64,000 nucleotides of DNA from an uncultured virus (IMG/VR IMGVR_UViG_3300032038_000026) (taxonomy: Duplodnaviria > Heunggongvirae > Uroviricota > Caudoviricetes), in the IMG/VR virus record IMGVR_UViG_3300032038_000026. One strand, given 5' to 3'. Numbering within the stretch: the first letter of the stretch is position 1; each line of letters opens with the position of its first letter. The position numbers and the translations under genes are program-made. The notes beneath the pieces were generated by a model. That model searched no databases. It saw only the letters and a program-made list of their open reading frames with translations, and was not told the origin of the DNA. Of this stretch, positions 35,548 through 46,384 are shown one piece after another.

Positions 35548-36349
35548 GTTTATATCTTCCAAGGCGCTCTACTGCTTTAAAATTATTAGTTTTATCCATG
35601 GTGCGTCGTACTTCTTTCTCCCAAATAATTTCAAAGTCATCAGGAAAAGTTTGCTCGCTGCAAATAACAATATGATGCTTACTCATTTCACGAACCCAAT
35701 TCCAATATTTATCATAGTTAAAATCAGTTTCAAATTTATATCCATATGGTTTTGTACCCTAATATGGTGGATCACAATAAATTAAAGTTTTAATTTTTTC
35801 TGGCCATTTTAATTCGGTATAATCACACCATTCAAATTCAATATCTTTATATTTAGGGCTTTTAACTTGTTCTATAAAATTTTTATAAGCGTCATAATAA
35901 TAATCTTTTTTATCTGTATCTTTTGCATAACCACGGCTAAAACCACCACGATTAAAACTCCCAAAGAATTGAATTGCTCCAATACGCCATCCTTCCATTT
36001 CTTTTTCCATTGATGGTGCACCAAGGTGCCGACGATATATATCTTTTGCTTCATACCACCATTCTGGATTACCATGTGCTGGAATTAGTTCGGGTGCAAT
36101 TTGCCCTTGTTGGTGGAGTTTAATAAGTGAATAACATTTATCTAAACCTATTTTGCGTTTACAATCAATTTTATCTATTACATTTGCTCCACCAACAAAT
36201 GGTTCAAGATAACATTTTATACGCTCTTTATCAATTATACGCTGGAGAATTGGGACAATATCTCCAACGTACTTACTTTTACTTCCTTGATATACCATAA
36301 AACTCCTTAATGGATATTCATTATCCAATAAATATTTATTAAAATCCAA
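35537..36349 (-). CDS. DNA adenine methyltransferase, Dam/D12 class (one TAG after DPPY)
   Basis: YQGSK, EPFVGG, YCDPPY*GT...FNYDKYWNWVREMS..H.V.CSE; ends TAA 35537-35539. Confidence 0.85.
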
Positions 36350-36364
36350 ATTATAAAAATCACA

Positions 36365-38098
36365 TCAAAACTCCAAAAGATCGTCCACAACTTCGTAATC
36401 CTCTATAATTATTTGAGGCGTAGTAAAAGAATTCCACTCATTAATATTTGGTTTACCAACAACGCTAATTTTAATTTCATTACATTTCCCTAACTGCTCA
36501 ATCAAATCAGATGCATGGAACTTAATAAATATAACTCCATTCTTTTCAAATCGAACAGTATCTTTATTAGTACCAATAACTTTATAATCAGTATTATCTA
36601 AATAAATATTTGGAACAAAAATCAGCGGCTCAGGATTCCCCTGCCCGTAAATATTTGTATTAGAAGCTAAATCATAAATTAAATCTTCTAAATCAGAAGC
36701 ATTTGGTTCTCTAATAAAGTTTACATCATACATACCTTCATTAAAGTTAATATCTTTAAGTGCTTCATTCGCATATTCATGAAAAGCTCTTAAATTACTA
36801 TCAAGAATACTCGCACCTGCCGCATTGGCATGGCCTTGCACCCATTCAAAATATCCACTATCATTTAAGAACTTTTTGAGGTCTTGTAATTCACAATCAG
36901 CTACATTACGAATAGAACCACGGTCATACCCTTCATCATTCAAGCGAGCGAGTATAGTCGGGCGCTTGTACTTGGCCGCAAGTTTCATGGCTGTAAGACC
37001 AGTAACTTCTGAGGGATATTCATCGTCATCATTTAAACGAATAAATAAAATCTTATTTTCAAGTAAATCATACTTAAAAATTTTTTGCTCCAATTCACTA
37101 ACCATTTGATCTGTTAAACGATTTTGTTTTGCTTTTGCATTAGTGCATTCGCGCAATGATTCAATAGCCACTTCTTCCATTGTACCTTTAGCCCCGCGCT
37201 TATTACATGGAACTTGTCTATGTCCATCAATAAGGCCAAGAAAAAGGCGTTCTTTTTCTTCCATACTACCCATACGAATCATCGCATTCATCATAGGTAC
37301 AATATAAAAGGCAACACTGATAGGAGTTACTTCGTTATTCATTGAATATGCTTGTTTTTCAATTGCACATTTAAAGAAATAATTATTAACATTTTTAAAT
37401 CCATTTAACATAATATATCTGTTTTCTAAATCAAGAACAGATCCCATATCACCACATACACCAAGTGCAGCTAGATCAATTAAATTATTAGCAAAATTAT
37501 TTTGAGTAAGATAATCATAACCACGACAAAATTGCCAAGCTACTCCAGCACCAGTTAATTCTTTGTTTGGATATGCAGGCGAAAGCTGGTTATTAATTAT
37601 ACAAGCGTTATCACTAATAGGCTGGTCATCATCAATTTCATGATGGTCTAATACAAGGCACCGCATACCATGCTCTTTTAATGCCTCGTGATATTCATAA
37701 TCATTACTTGAACTATCTGGTAGAATAATTAAATCATAAAATTCATTACTATCAATAATAGTTTGAGTATGGTCTTGTAATCCATGTTCTTTATGTTCAT
37801 GTAACATATAAGAAATCTTTTGATTTGGAGATATAGCTTTTATATAATTATACATAATCGCACTTGAAGTAAAGCCATCAACATCACAGTCTACAATAAG
37901 TAAGATGTGAGAATTTTCTTTATTAAGAGTTTCTTCAAGCCAAATCGCGCCGGTTTTTATATTATCTAAATTTAATGGGTCATTTAAACAAGAAGCATCT
38001 GGATGTAAATACTTTTCAATATCTGTTACACCGCGCGCAGTTAATAGTTCTTTTAAATAATTAGATTGAAAATTTTCATTTACTAAATTTACTTTCAT
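36365..38098 (-). CDS. recJ: RecJ-like DHH ssDNA exonuclease
   Basis: DCDVDG, DHH, GHANAAG motifs. Confidence 0.9.
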   Translation of the reverse strand: MKVNLVNENFQSNYLKELLTARGVTDIEKYLHPDASCLNDPLNLDNIKTGAIWLEETLNKENSHILLIVDCDVDGFTSSAIMYNYIKAISPNQKISYMLHEHKEHGLQDHTQTIIDSNEFYDLIILPDSSSNDYEYHEALKEHGMRCLVLDHHEIDDDQPISDNACIINNQLSPAYPNKELTGAGVAWQFCRGYDYLTQNNFANNLIDLAALGVCGDMGSVLDLENRYIMLNGFKNVNNYFFKCAIEKQAYSMNNEVTPISVAFYIVPMMNAMIRMGSMEEKERLFLGLIDGHRQVPCNKRGAKGTMEEVAIESLRECTNAKAKQNRLTDQMVSELEQKIFKYDLLENKILFIRLNDDDEYPSEVTGLTAMKLAAKYKRPTILARLNDEGYDRGSIRNVADCELQDLKKFLNDSGYFEWVQGHANAAGASILDSNLRAFHEYANEALKDINFNEGMYDVNFIREPNASDLEDLIYDLASNTNIYGQGNPEPLIFVPNIYLDNTDYKVIGTNKDTVRFEKNGVIFIKFHASDLIEQLGKCNEIKISVVGKPNINEWNSFTTPQIIIEDYEVVDDLLEF

Positions 38099-38285
38099 AT
38101 TTATCTACCTTCTTATTCTTCAAAGTAATAGCAAAAGCTGCTTTTGGCTTCTCTGAATAAGAAAGTTCAAAAGGAAGCCTTTCAATAACGTCAATTGTAT
38201 AATCATTTTTAATGTCTTCTGCAATTTCAAGTATTGCTTCATCCATATCTATAAAATTTATTTCATATCTTTTCTGTAAAATCAT
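38076..38285 (-). CDS. Hypothetical protein
   Basis: 69 aa, operon-coupled. Confidence 0.55.
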   Translation of the reverse strand: MILQKRYEINFIDMDEAILEIAEDIKNDYTIDVIERLPFELSYSEKPKAAFAITLKNKKVDKYESKFSK

Positions 38286-38287
38286 AT

Positions 38288-39331
38288 TTAAATCCGTACC
38301 CTTTTCTGTAGTAGTTTAATAAAAATATCTTCACCTTTATCAGTTGGTGAATCTTTTAAATCCAATAAATTCTCTTTATCATATATAAAACTGAAATTCG
38401 TATATACTTGATATTTCTTACATAATTCATAAAGATGATTAAAATATTTATCTTCATGAGGGAGTTCTTCTTTGTCAAAACATATTACAATTTCTTGAGG
38501 ATAGCAAGTTCGCACTAATATATCAAGTGCATATTTATTTAATTTTGAGCCACACACGGCGGCCGCGCAATTAGGAATAGAGAATGACTCTATTTGAAGT
38601 ACACTTTTTTCAGCTTCAAATAAATACGCAATTCCAGTTGCTTTTATATTTTCTTTTGTTTTATTAAGCCCATAAAGATTAAGACTTAATGGATGACTAT
38701 ACCATTTTCCCTCTATTTGAACTGGCATATATTTTCCCCATGTATCTATATCTTCTTGATTGAGCGCGCGCCCTCTAATTCCAACAAGTCTTCCATTTAC
38801 ATCATAATGCGGAATAATAATTTTATTTTGAGAAGGAGAATATCGAATATTAAACTTATCCATAGCTTTATAACTGATTCCATCATTAAGCCACTCAATT
38901 GGATAATATTTAACAAAACATTCCATTATCTTATCAGAATAAGCCGGAAGTTCTTGTCTTTCTTTCTTTAATGTATAATCATTACGAATTGATTTATATG
39001 AAGTAGTGTTTTGATGCTCGTTAAAATATGAACAACCGCGTATAACTTCATATATATCAGTGAACCAATCATAATCTATATCTCTTATTTCATAGAAATG
39101 TTTTAAGAAAGAAAAGATAGACATCGCGCCATCTTCTGTATAACAATAAAATATATGCGTATTTTTGTAATAATAAAGTTTCATTGAAGCGTCATCAATA
39201 TTACTATGATGGCAAACGGTCGGCATAACTAAATAGCTTTCTCTATCCTCATATGGAATTTCTAATCTATCTAACATATTCTTAACTTTATTATCATCTA
39301 ATTCATCAATAATAGCTTGGTAATCTATCAT
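38288..39331 (-). CDS. DNA primase (TOPRIM)
   Basis: Zn-binding CHH region, IIIPH..G.LVG.RGR, LYGL, FEAEKS, CFD. Confidence 0.85.
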   Translation of the reverse strand: MIDYQAIIDELDDNKVKNMLDRLEIPYEDRESYLVMPTVCHHSNIDDASMKLYYYKNTHIFYCYTEDGAMSIFSFLKHFYEIRDIDYDWFTDIYEVIRGCSYFNEHQNTTSYKSIRNDYTLKKERQELPAYSDKIMECFVKYYPIEWLNDGISYKAMDKFNIRYSPSQNKIIIPHYDVNGRLVGIRGRALNQEDIDTWGKYMPVQIEGKWYSHPLSLNLYGLNKTKENIKATGIAYLFEAEKSVLQIESFSIPNCAAAVCGSKLNKYALDILVRTCYPQEIVICFDKEELPHEDKYFNHLYELCKKYQVYTNFSFIYDKENLLDLKDSPTDKGEDIFIKLLQKRVRI

Positions 39332-40869
39332 TTAATCTCATTCACTTTCTGTAAAATTTCATTATAATTAGAACCTTCCCAATCTATCTCATATATAAAA
39401 TGTCTTTCAAAGTCTTTAATAATTTCCATTCTTGCATCGGTCATATACAAATCTTGTTTTTGAAGAGTGCCTAAATCAATCGAACTCCAAATTCGGACTT
39501 GTGTCCATGCACCACTTCGTACTTTATATATATCTGTTACCAAATTTGGAATCGGTTGTCCCATACTGGCAAAGAAATCAATTTCTTCTTTCGTGGGTCG
39601 CGCGCATACCATACCAATATCTGCTTTGTTTATAACAGCGCGCGATCCAGCGATTGAACTTTCATTTCTAATAGTTGTATTAGAGTCAGCTTGCGCGTTA
39701 ACTTGTGTTGAAGTAAAAACACAAACATTTAATTCAACTGCCAATTCCTTTAGAGCTGTTGAGAACATAAGTAAGATTTCATCATTACGTAATGCTACAC
39801 CTTTAAACTCTCCAAGCAAACTTGGGCAAATAAAAATATAGTCAAAAAATACATACTCAATCTGATGAAGAATAACTTGCTCTCTAACTAAATTTTTAAC
39901 TAAATCAATTCTTGGCGCCGGCATTTGGACAATAAAAAAATTATCCTTATACTGCTCCATAACCCAAACTGCTTGGCGAATAATTCTATTTTCTTTTTCT
40001 GTAAAGTTACCATATCTAAATTTAGATTCATTAAATCCAGTAAGATATGCAAGAATCATTTTTTGAATCTCTGGAATTGTTTGCTCTGTTGCAATAAACA
40101 TTACAGGGCGGCCAGACCCATTTTTAACCCATTTATCTTGTGTAGAGTCATAACTAAATGGATATGCAATAAGGCATGCATCGCCTACTGCTTGGCGAGT
40201 TTTACCAGTACCACTCGCCGCACTTCTGATAACCAAAGTACCAAGCCGCGCGCCAGAAATAACTTCACTTAGGATTTCTCCTTGTACAGGTACACCAATA
40301 TCAGCTTTATTATTTGCATCTTCGATAATACTCCAAATATCAGACGCGGCACTTTCAGTTTGAGTTACTTCATTCTGAGTAAACTCATTTTCAAAACCGA
40401 GAACTTTTTGTTTTATCTTTGTAAGAATATCATCAATCTCAAGCTTTTCAAAGTTTTTATTTACATCTAATGCTTTCGGGTTTGTTAAATCTTCAATATA
40501 AAATTCACTAATATCAAAACCATCATCTTTAAGTTTTGTAAGCAAATTAATCTTTTTTAATCTTTTATAATAAAAATCAAAGTTCTGAATTTCAGATAAA
40601 TATTCTGCATCTTGAAGATATTCAATACCATTATTCTGTTTGAATATTACGGCGGCCGCTCCATTGGTTTGAAGATAGTTTTCAATATCAACTGGCTGAA
40701 TTTTATTCGCTCCGCCGCGATATAAGTTTTCAATAGCCGCGAAAATATATTTATCAAACTTATAATAAAAGTCATCAAGACTTAATTTATATCTATCTGT
40801 TTCACTTAAAAACTGCGGATGCTTCATTAAGGAGCCAAAGATTTGGATAATACTTGTTTTATCAACCAA
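39328..40869 (-). CDS. dnaB: Replicative DnaB-like helicase
   Basis: SAASGTGKT Walker A, FIATE, VFFDYI, STQVN, KAD motifs. Confidence 0.88.
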   Translation of the reverse strand: MVDKTSIIQIFGSLMKHPQFLSETDRYKLSLDDFYYKFDKYIFAAIENLYRGGANKIQPVDIENYLQTNGAAAVIFKQNNGIEYLQDAEYLSEIQNFDFYYKRLKKINLLTKLKDDGFDISEFYIEDLTNPKALDVNKNFEKLEIDDILTKIKQKVLGFENEFTQNEVTQTESAASDIWSIIEDANNKADIGVPVQGEILSEVISGARLGTLVIRSAASGTGKTRQAVGDACLIAYPFSYDSTQDKWVKNGSGRPVMFIATEQTIPEIQKMILAYLTGFNESKFRYGNFTEKENRIIRQAVWVMEQYKDNFFIVQMPAPRIDLVKNLVREQVILHQIEYVFFDYIFICPSLLGEFKGVALRNDEILLMFSTALKELAVELNVCVFTSTQVNAQADSNTTIRNESSIAGSRAVINKADIGMVCARPTKEEIDFFASMGQPIPNLVTDIYKVRSGAWTQVRIWSSIDLGTLQKQDLYMTDARMEIIKDFERHFIYEIDWEGSNYNEILQKVNEIK

Positions 40870-41379
40870 TTATTCTTCGCCCCCTATATCATCTAAATTA
40901 TATTTTTCTCTTGATTTCTCTTTACGAGTTAATCTTATAATTGAACGCGTTTTTGCCTGCTGCTCTAATTCTTTCACAAATCCTCGTTTCTTTCTTTCCT
41001 GTTCAATCCAATAAGCTTTCGCATCAGAAAAAACATATGGGACTATGCCAAGCCCACCATGCCCTTTCTCCCATGAGTTATGCTTTATTTCATAAAAATA
41101 TTTGAGTGTAAAATAAATTCCTTTTGGATTAATTTTATTTTCTTTCCAGAATTTCTTTATTTGTGCTTCACATAAAAAGTAATCATAAGAAACTTTCATA
41201 TCTCGCGCGAGAAAGTCATAAATCATTTTAACCCAATCATCATCTGATGTAGGTTGTGCTTTCCAAGTTTCATAACAGCTTTTATGAAAGTAATAATTTC
41301 GTGATGGCATTATCCAATCAACATTTTCTTTTTCTTTTGTTTTATCAATTTGGACATGACATAATCTACATTCCGGCAT
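40870..41379 (-). CDS. Hypothetical Zn-binding protein (possible helicase loader)
   Basis: MPECRLC...HKSC; start at 41379 because the promoter lies at 41411-41439. Confidence 0.6.
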   Translation of the reverse strand: MPECRLCHVQIDKTKEKENVDWIMPSRNYYFHKSCYETWKAQPTSDDDWVKMIYDFLARDMKVSYDYFLCEAQIKKFWKENKINPKGIYFTLKYFYEIKHNSWEKGHGGLGIVPYVFSDAKAYWIEQERKKRGFVKELEQQAKTRSIIRLTRKEKSREKYNLDDIGGEE

Positions 41380-41410
41380 CCCATCACCTTCCAATCTTAT
41401 TTCTATATAT

Positions 41411-41439
41411 ATTATATCACAGAATCCGGAATTTGTCAA
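41411..41439 (-). promoter_or_regulatory. Consensus sigmaA promoter
   Basis: TTGACA-17-TATAAT with TG. Confidence 0.85.
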
Positions 41440-41455
41440 ATTTAAAAGGCACAGG

Positions 41456-42439
41456 TTAAGCCTGTGCCTTCATCATATCTTCCATATCAACTACTACTAA
41501 TTGAAGCAAATCTACTTGGTCTTCTGTAAATTCACTTAATTTCATTCGACGGCCCATCGTCATTTCAATTTTCTTTAGAATTTCACTAGCGATTTCTGGT
41601 TTAGCGCTATCGCCCTCACCAACTAACTGCTTCCAAAGATTTTGAGCTTTTTCTCTGACTTCCTTAAAGTCGAGCTTCGTCTCACCCTTGGTCTTAATAG
41701 TATTTACTACTGTAGCGCCATCTTTCTGTTCTGCCATTTCAATAGCATCAGCAATAGCATTTACTAATTCATCATAACCAAACGGAATCTTATCGGGCAT
41801 ATACTTGAATCGACTACCAGCAAATAGAGTAGGAGTTTCTCTTGTATAGAGCCACCGCTTTCTCTCACCATTTACCCACTCATTTCCGATATAGCCAATA
41901 ATATCAACAATGCCATTACAAATTTCGCTCGCGCGCTTTGGTAGATCTGGAGAAATGATTTCTACATCACTACCATCCGCAGTTTTCTCTACGCGAGAAG
42001 CACTGTGTGCAATCAATACAACACCATACCCAAGACGGGTAATTTCTCTCAAAGAGTTCTCAAACTCTTTCTTACAAGCTGTATATCCTGCGCCCCAGGC
42101 AATATCACTAATTTTTTGTACACCATTTTGCTGGCATACAAATTTTTCACACATATCCCAACAAATAGATACAGTATCAATAATTACTGTTTTAAAACGG
42201 TCTTTTGAACGTTGGTCTGCCAAGTCTCGGAGTGCCATCTTATAGTCACTCCACTTGTTTATATCAAAAGGGTATGCTTCACCAATTGCATTATATCCTT
42301 TTTCAAAAGCTAAGAGAACTGCATCGGGGAATGAGCAAGCCGCGGTAGTTTTACCGCTTTTTGGCTTGCCGTACAAAAGCACATACTTCCCTTTGAGGTC
42401 TCTTGAAATTACATTTTTTTCAACTTCCCAAAGATGCAT
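41456..42439 (-). CDS. AAA_24/Sak4-like NTPase (recombination)
   Basis: GKPKSGKTT, VIIDT, LIAH, DIIGY. Confidence 0.8.
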   Translation of the reverse strand: MHLWEVEKNVISRDLKGKYVLLYGKPKSGKTTAACSFPDAVLLAFEKGYNAIGEAYPFDINKWSDYKMALRDLADQRSKDRFKTVIIDTVSICWDMCEKFVCQQNGVQKISDIAWGAGYTACKKEFENSLREITRLGYGVVLIAHSASRVEKTADGSDVEIISPDLPKRASEICNGIVDIIGYIGNEWVNGERKRWLYTRETPTLFAGSRFKYMPDKIPFGYDELVNAIADAIEMAEQKDGATVVNTIKTKGETKLDFKEVREKAQNLWKQLVGEGDSAKPEIASEILKKIEMTMGRRMKLSEFTEDQVDLLQLVVVDMEDMMKAQA

Positions 42440-42450
42440 ATGGCACCTCC

Positions 42451-43362
42451 TTAGAAGCCAAGGTCAAAATCCTGATTTGAACTTGTAGGCGCAGGGGTAG
42501 AATGAGGCTTAGTATTAGTCTTATCCTTTAGAGTCTCCAGATAAGCCTTATGCTCCTTAAGAGCGGCAGACAAATCTGCGGGCGCGAAAGCCATATCATC
42601 TTCCAGTGGGGACTGAGTACCACTGGTAACAATCAGCTCGCTAACACTCACAGTCTGGTGACGGACTTCAGGCTCACCAAAATCCATTTCCTCAATAATT
42701 TCCTTTGTAGTGCTGGTGAAGTTAAGTCGACCCTTTGCACTATAAGTCTTACCATTCTCCCAGTAAGAACTAATAGCATCAATTACACGAGGATTAGTCG
42801 CATAAAACTCCATAGTATCAACCTTGCCGCCGTACTGCGGGACGATTGCCTTAATACGAAGCTTCTTAGGTTCTACCTCAATACCATCATTATCAGTTAC
42901 AAAATCCATCGAAGAAACAGCAAACTCAAGATTCCAAGATGCTTCAGGTCTAAACTCTCCAGTTGCCTTAGAAATAAAAGATGCATTTACACGTGGGAAA
43001 GACACTAACTGCTTCTGAGGATTATAATACTCATTCATACGAATATTGCCGCTGGTAATACGAATCTTATCAGCACCAGCTTCACCCGCACCAGAAGCAA
43101 TAGATGTAAACTCAGTCATAACCTTTTCGATAGATTCATATGCGGGGTTGGGCTTACCATCATTTTTCAGCTTGGTTGCGAACATATAGACAGGAATCTC
43201 AAGGGAAACTTCCTCATTATTAATAACCTGATTTACGAGAACTTTAATATTGCCACCGATATTATCAACGGTCGCACCATTTTTAACAAAAGAACCATAT
43301 TTTAGATTAATTTCAGAAAGAATACCTTCAATACGTACTACATTTTTAGCTTGTCTCAACAT
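42451..43362 (-). CDS. Single-stranded DNA-binding protein (putative)
   Basis: Beta-rich with acidic/aromatic C-tail DFDLGF; next to the AAA recombinase; high codon bias. Confidence 0.6.
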   Translation of the reverse strand: MLRQAKNVVRIEGILSEINLKYGSFVKNGATVDNIGGNIKVLVNQVINNEEVSLEIPVYMFATKLKNDGKPNPAYESIEKVMTEFTSIASGAGEAGADKIRITSGNIRMNEYYNPQKQLVSFPRVNASFISKATGEFRPEASWNLEFAVSSMDFVTDNDGIEVEPKKLRIKAIVPQYGGKVDTMEFYATNPRVIDAISSYWENGKTYSAKGRLNFTSTTKEIIEEMDFGEPEVRHQTVSVSELIVTSGTQSPLEDDMAFAPADLSAALKEHKAYLETLKDKTNTKPHSTPAPTSSNQDFDLGF

Positions 43363-43425
43363 AATTTTATTTACCTCAATTTCATTTTTATAGTTTTATT
43401 TTATAGTTCTTTTTTTGGGCAAAAT

Positions 43426-43445
43426 GGGAGTCAATATGACTCCCT
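43426..43445 (-). terminator. Intrinsic terminator
   Basis: GGGAGTCA-atat-TGACTCCC stem with T-run on the minus strand. Confidence 0.6.
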
Positions 43446-43455
43446 TATATTTTTA

Positions 43456-43707
43456 TTACTCGTCTTCGCCCTGAACGAAGTTAATACCAGCATCAGTCAG
43501 CTGGACATAGGTCAGAGGCTTCTCTTCGCCTTCAACAGCAACCTTCTCACGATAAGCCAGCTCGTTCTTAACGAGGGAATTCACGCGACCAGTAATGGAA
43601 GCAATCTTCTCGCAATTTAGAGCGGTCTTCATCTCTTCTGTCGTTGCACGACCACCATGGGCCTGCAGGTACTCAAGTGCTTCAAAAGTCTTCTCAGTAA
43701 GTTTCAT
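43456..43707 (-). CDS. Small winged-helix DNA-binding protein (putative)
   Basis: SITGRVNSLVKNEL..R...LTDAG wHTH pattern; own promoter and terminator. Confidence 0.6.
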   Translation of the reverse strand: MKLTEKTFEALEYLQAHGGRATTEEMKTALNCEKIASITGRVNSLVKNELAYREKVAVEGEEKPLTYVQLTDAGINFVQGEDE

Positions 43708-43785
43708 AATTCATTTTCTCCTATAATTTAAAATATTTTTGTTTGTTTTCTTAAAAGGTTTATCTCTCTCAACCTTTCTGTATAT

Positions 43786-43814
43786 ATTATACTACGAATT
43801 TCTACAAATATCAA
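43786..43814 (-). promoter_or_regulatory. sigmaA-type promoter
   Basis: TTGATA-17-TATAAT. Confidence 0.7.
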
Positions 43815-43818
43815 ATTT

Positions 43819-46158
43819 TCACAGCGAAGAAATTCCGATAACATAATTATTAGTTAATTTAATAAGTTTTGTCCCTTGCGCGCCGCGCGATAGATTTGGA
43901 ATATCGTTATATTTAATTCTAATTTGAGTTGTATTAGAATTAATAAGTATATCAGACTGCGACACTACAGGAATAAAATCACACATTGTTTCTGCTTTTT
44001 GAATTTTTACGCCTTTAGTATTTGTACCAGTTACATTAAATTCATTAATAGAAGTGTTTTTACCATACCCATCAATCGAAATACTAAAGAGTTGAGTTGT
44101 ATTTATGGGAATCACACGGGCCGCCACAACTGTATCACCGGCCGCGAGCTTCATACCAATGATACCACGGGTCACACGACCAATAGCTTTAATAGGTGAG
44201 GTTGCCACCATGATAAACTGGCCATTTTTTGACATAATACCAATTCTTTCATCTTCAAGTATAAGAATTGAAACAATTTCATCATTTGAGTCTAACTTGA
44301 TTGCAATTGCACCTGTATTGCGTTTCATATTGTACTCACTAAGTTTACTCTTTTTGATAAGTCCATTCTTAGTTATAAAGATAATGTTTTTCGCGGCATT
44401 ATTAGGATTAACTCCTACTGCTGCTGTAAGAGTTTCATCATCTCCTACAGAAAAATAATTTGCCAAGTATTGTTTTTCTCCAACTGTAAATTCTCCCATC
44501 TTCATATGGTAGTAATTACCTTTATTGGTAAAGAACAAAATCGTTTCTGTGTTCTCACCAATTATATTATCTACCAAAATTTCATCTTTTTCAAGTTTTA
44601 GCTTTGTCCCAATTCCATTGCGGCGTTGAGAGTAAAGTGAAGAAGTCTCTGTTATGAATACTGCGCCTTTATTGGTGAAAGAAAGAGAAAGTTGCTTTTT
44701 TTCAGTCGGTTCATCAGATTCGTTTTCGATATTGAGAATCTGAGTACGACGCGCGTCTCCAAATTTTTGTGTAATTTCACGCCAACCATTTATAAGCTCT
44801 TGATTGAAAAGCTCTTCGCTTTCAAGAATTGCATGGATGCGCGCAGCTTCAATTTGGAGTTTCTCTTTTTCATCTTCAAGTTTCTTTACTTCGAGGCTCG
44901 CCAAACGAGAAAGCTTCATATCAAGAACAGCTTTTGCCTGCTCATCGTCCAAAAGAAAACGAGTTTGTAATTCTTTTGATGCGGCCGCGGTAGATGTAGA
45001 AGTCTTAATTACTTTTACTACTTCATCAATATTGGCAATACAAATTAAAAGTCCATCTAAAATATGGATACGTTTTTCTATCTTTGCAAGATCGAATTCA
45101 AATCCACGACGATAAACTATTTTCTCATGGTCAATATGTGCTTGAAGTGCAGCCTTCCAACCAAATACTTTTGGATAGCGGCCATCATCAAGCATTGTCA
45201 TATTAATACTGAAGTGACTTTGGAGTGAAGTATTTTTGTAAAGATATTTAAGAACTCTGTCTGGATTTGCCCTCTTTGTAAGATAAATCTTTATAAGAGG
45301 GTCAACGCCAGTGAGGTCATTAAAACGTTCAATACCAGGGTTGTTTAAATCATCATTTAGAATTGCTTCGAGTTCTTCGCAAATCGTGTTAGTATAGACG
45401 GAGTAAGGTATTTGAGATACGATGAAACATCTCTCGGTAGTATCCCATTCTACCACAGATCTAAGTTTACATGCTGACCCTTGACCAGTTTTTAATGCTT
45501 CTTTGACTTCTCTTTCATTGAGAAGTAGCGCGCCCGTCGCAAAATCAGGTGCACAGTAGATTTCATCAAATCCAACATCTGGATTAAGGAGTAAAACTTC
45601 TAATGCATGGTTTACCTCTTTAATATTAAATTGTGGGATAGAGCTGGCCGCACCTATACCAATACCCATAGTACCATTTACTATATTATAGAACCCTTTT
45701 GTGGGAAGTACAGATGGATATTGCTCTGTGTCATCATAGTTATCTCGCCATTCTTTAATAGTATTCTTATCAATATCATTAAAGAGACGAACAGAGAACT
45801 CACTAAGACGTGAAGCTGTATAACGGGGCGCCGCCCAGTTGCCGCTTGACATTAAGTTACCTTCATTACCTTCGACCTCAATAAGAGGATAACGCATAGC
45901 AAAAGGTTGGCCCGCACGCATAATAACACCTTCACATGAAGAGTCACCATGAATATACATGCGCGCGGCGCTACCGATTGCTTTTAATGTCTTTTTAAAA
46001 GGTTTTGAAGGTAAAAATTTATCTGTGTAAAGACAATAAAAAATTTGACGTGCAGATGGTTTTAAACAATCTCTTACATCAACGAGGGCGCGCGATTGGA
46101 GAACTGCACCACTATATTGAGTAAAAGATTCTTCGATTACTTGTTTTAAATTACTCAT
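43819..46158 (-). CDS. gyrA: Type IIA topoisomerase subunit A (GyrA/ParC-like) with C-terminal beta-pinwheel
   Basis: RAL.DVRD.LKP, HGDSS, AAPRYT catalytic Tyr, PDFATG, CTD repeats. Confidence 0.9.
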   Translation of the reverse strand: MSNLKQVIEESFTQYSGAVLQSRALVDVRDCLKPSARQIFYCLYTDKFLPSKPFKKTLKAIGSAARMYIHGDSSCEGVIMRAGQPFAMRYPLIEVEGNEGNLMSSGNWAAPRYTASRLSEFSVRLFNDIDKNTIKEWRDNYDDTEQYPSVLPTKGFYNIVNGTMGIGIGAASSIPQFNIKEVNHALEVLLLNPDVGFDEIYCAPDFATGALLLNEREVKEALKTGQGSACKLRSVVEWDTTERCFIVSQIPYSVYTNTICEELEAILNDDLNNPGIERFNDLTGVDPLIKIYLTKRANPDRVLKYLYKNTSLQSHFSINMTMLDDGRYPKVFGWKAALQAHIDHEKIVYRRGFEFDLAKIEKRIHILDGLLICIANIDEVVKVIKTSTSTAAASKELQTRFLLDDEQAKAVLDMKLSRLASLEVKKLEDEKEKLQIEAARIHAILESEELFNQELINGWREITQKFGDARRTQILNIENESDEPTEKKQLSLSFTNKGAVFITETSSLYSQRRNGIGTKLKLEKDEILVDNIIGENTETILFFTNKGNYYHMKMGEFTVGEKQYLANYFSVGDDETLTAAVGVNPNNAAKNIIFITKNGLIKKSKLSEYNMKRNTGAIAIKLDSNDEIVSILILEDERIGIMSKNGQFIMVATSPIKAIGRVTRGIIGMKLAAGDTVVAARVIPINTTQLFSISIDGYGKNTSINEFNVTGTNTKGVKIQKAETMCDFIPVVSQSDILINSNTTQIRIKYNDIPNLSRGAQGTKLIKLTNNYVIGISSL

Positions 46159-46189
46159 GTATTAATCTCCATTTTCATTTTATATAAAT

Positions 46190-46218
46190 ATTATATCATA
46201 AAATTAAAGAGAAGTCAA
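46190..46218 (-). promoter_or_regulatory. sigmaA-type promoter for gyrA
   Basis: TTGACT-17-TATAAT with TG; -35 embedded in a hairpin. Confidence 0.75.
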
Positions 46219-46219
46219 A

Positions 46220-46384
46220 TTAAGACTTCTCTCTATAAGGACAATTATAATGAAAAGGTTCCCAAGGTTCAATTTTTATATTTTCACATTCTGGCGTAAT
46301 TTCTATATTAATTGCAATTTTCTTTTCTACTACCGCTTTAATGGATTCATTAAAAATTTCACTTAAATAATTACTTATTTCCAT
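46220..46384 (-). CDS. Small hypothetical protein (54 aa)
   Basis: TAATG-coupled to the gyrB stop. Confidence 0.5.
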   Translation of the reverse strand: MEISNYLSEIFNESIKAVVEKKIAINIEITPECENIKIEPWEPFHYNCPYREKS

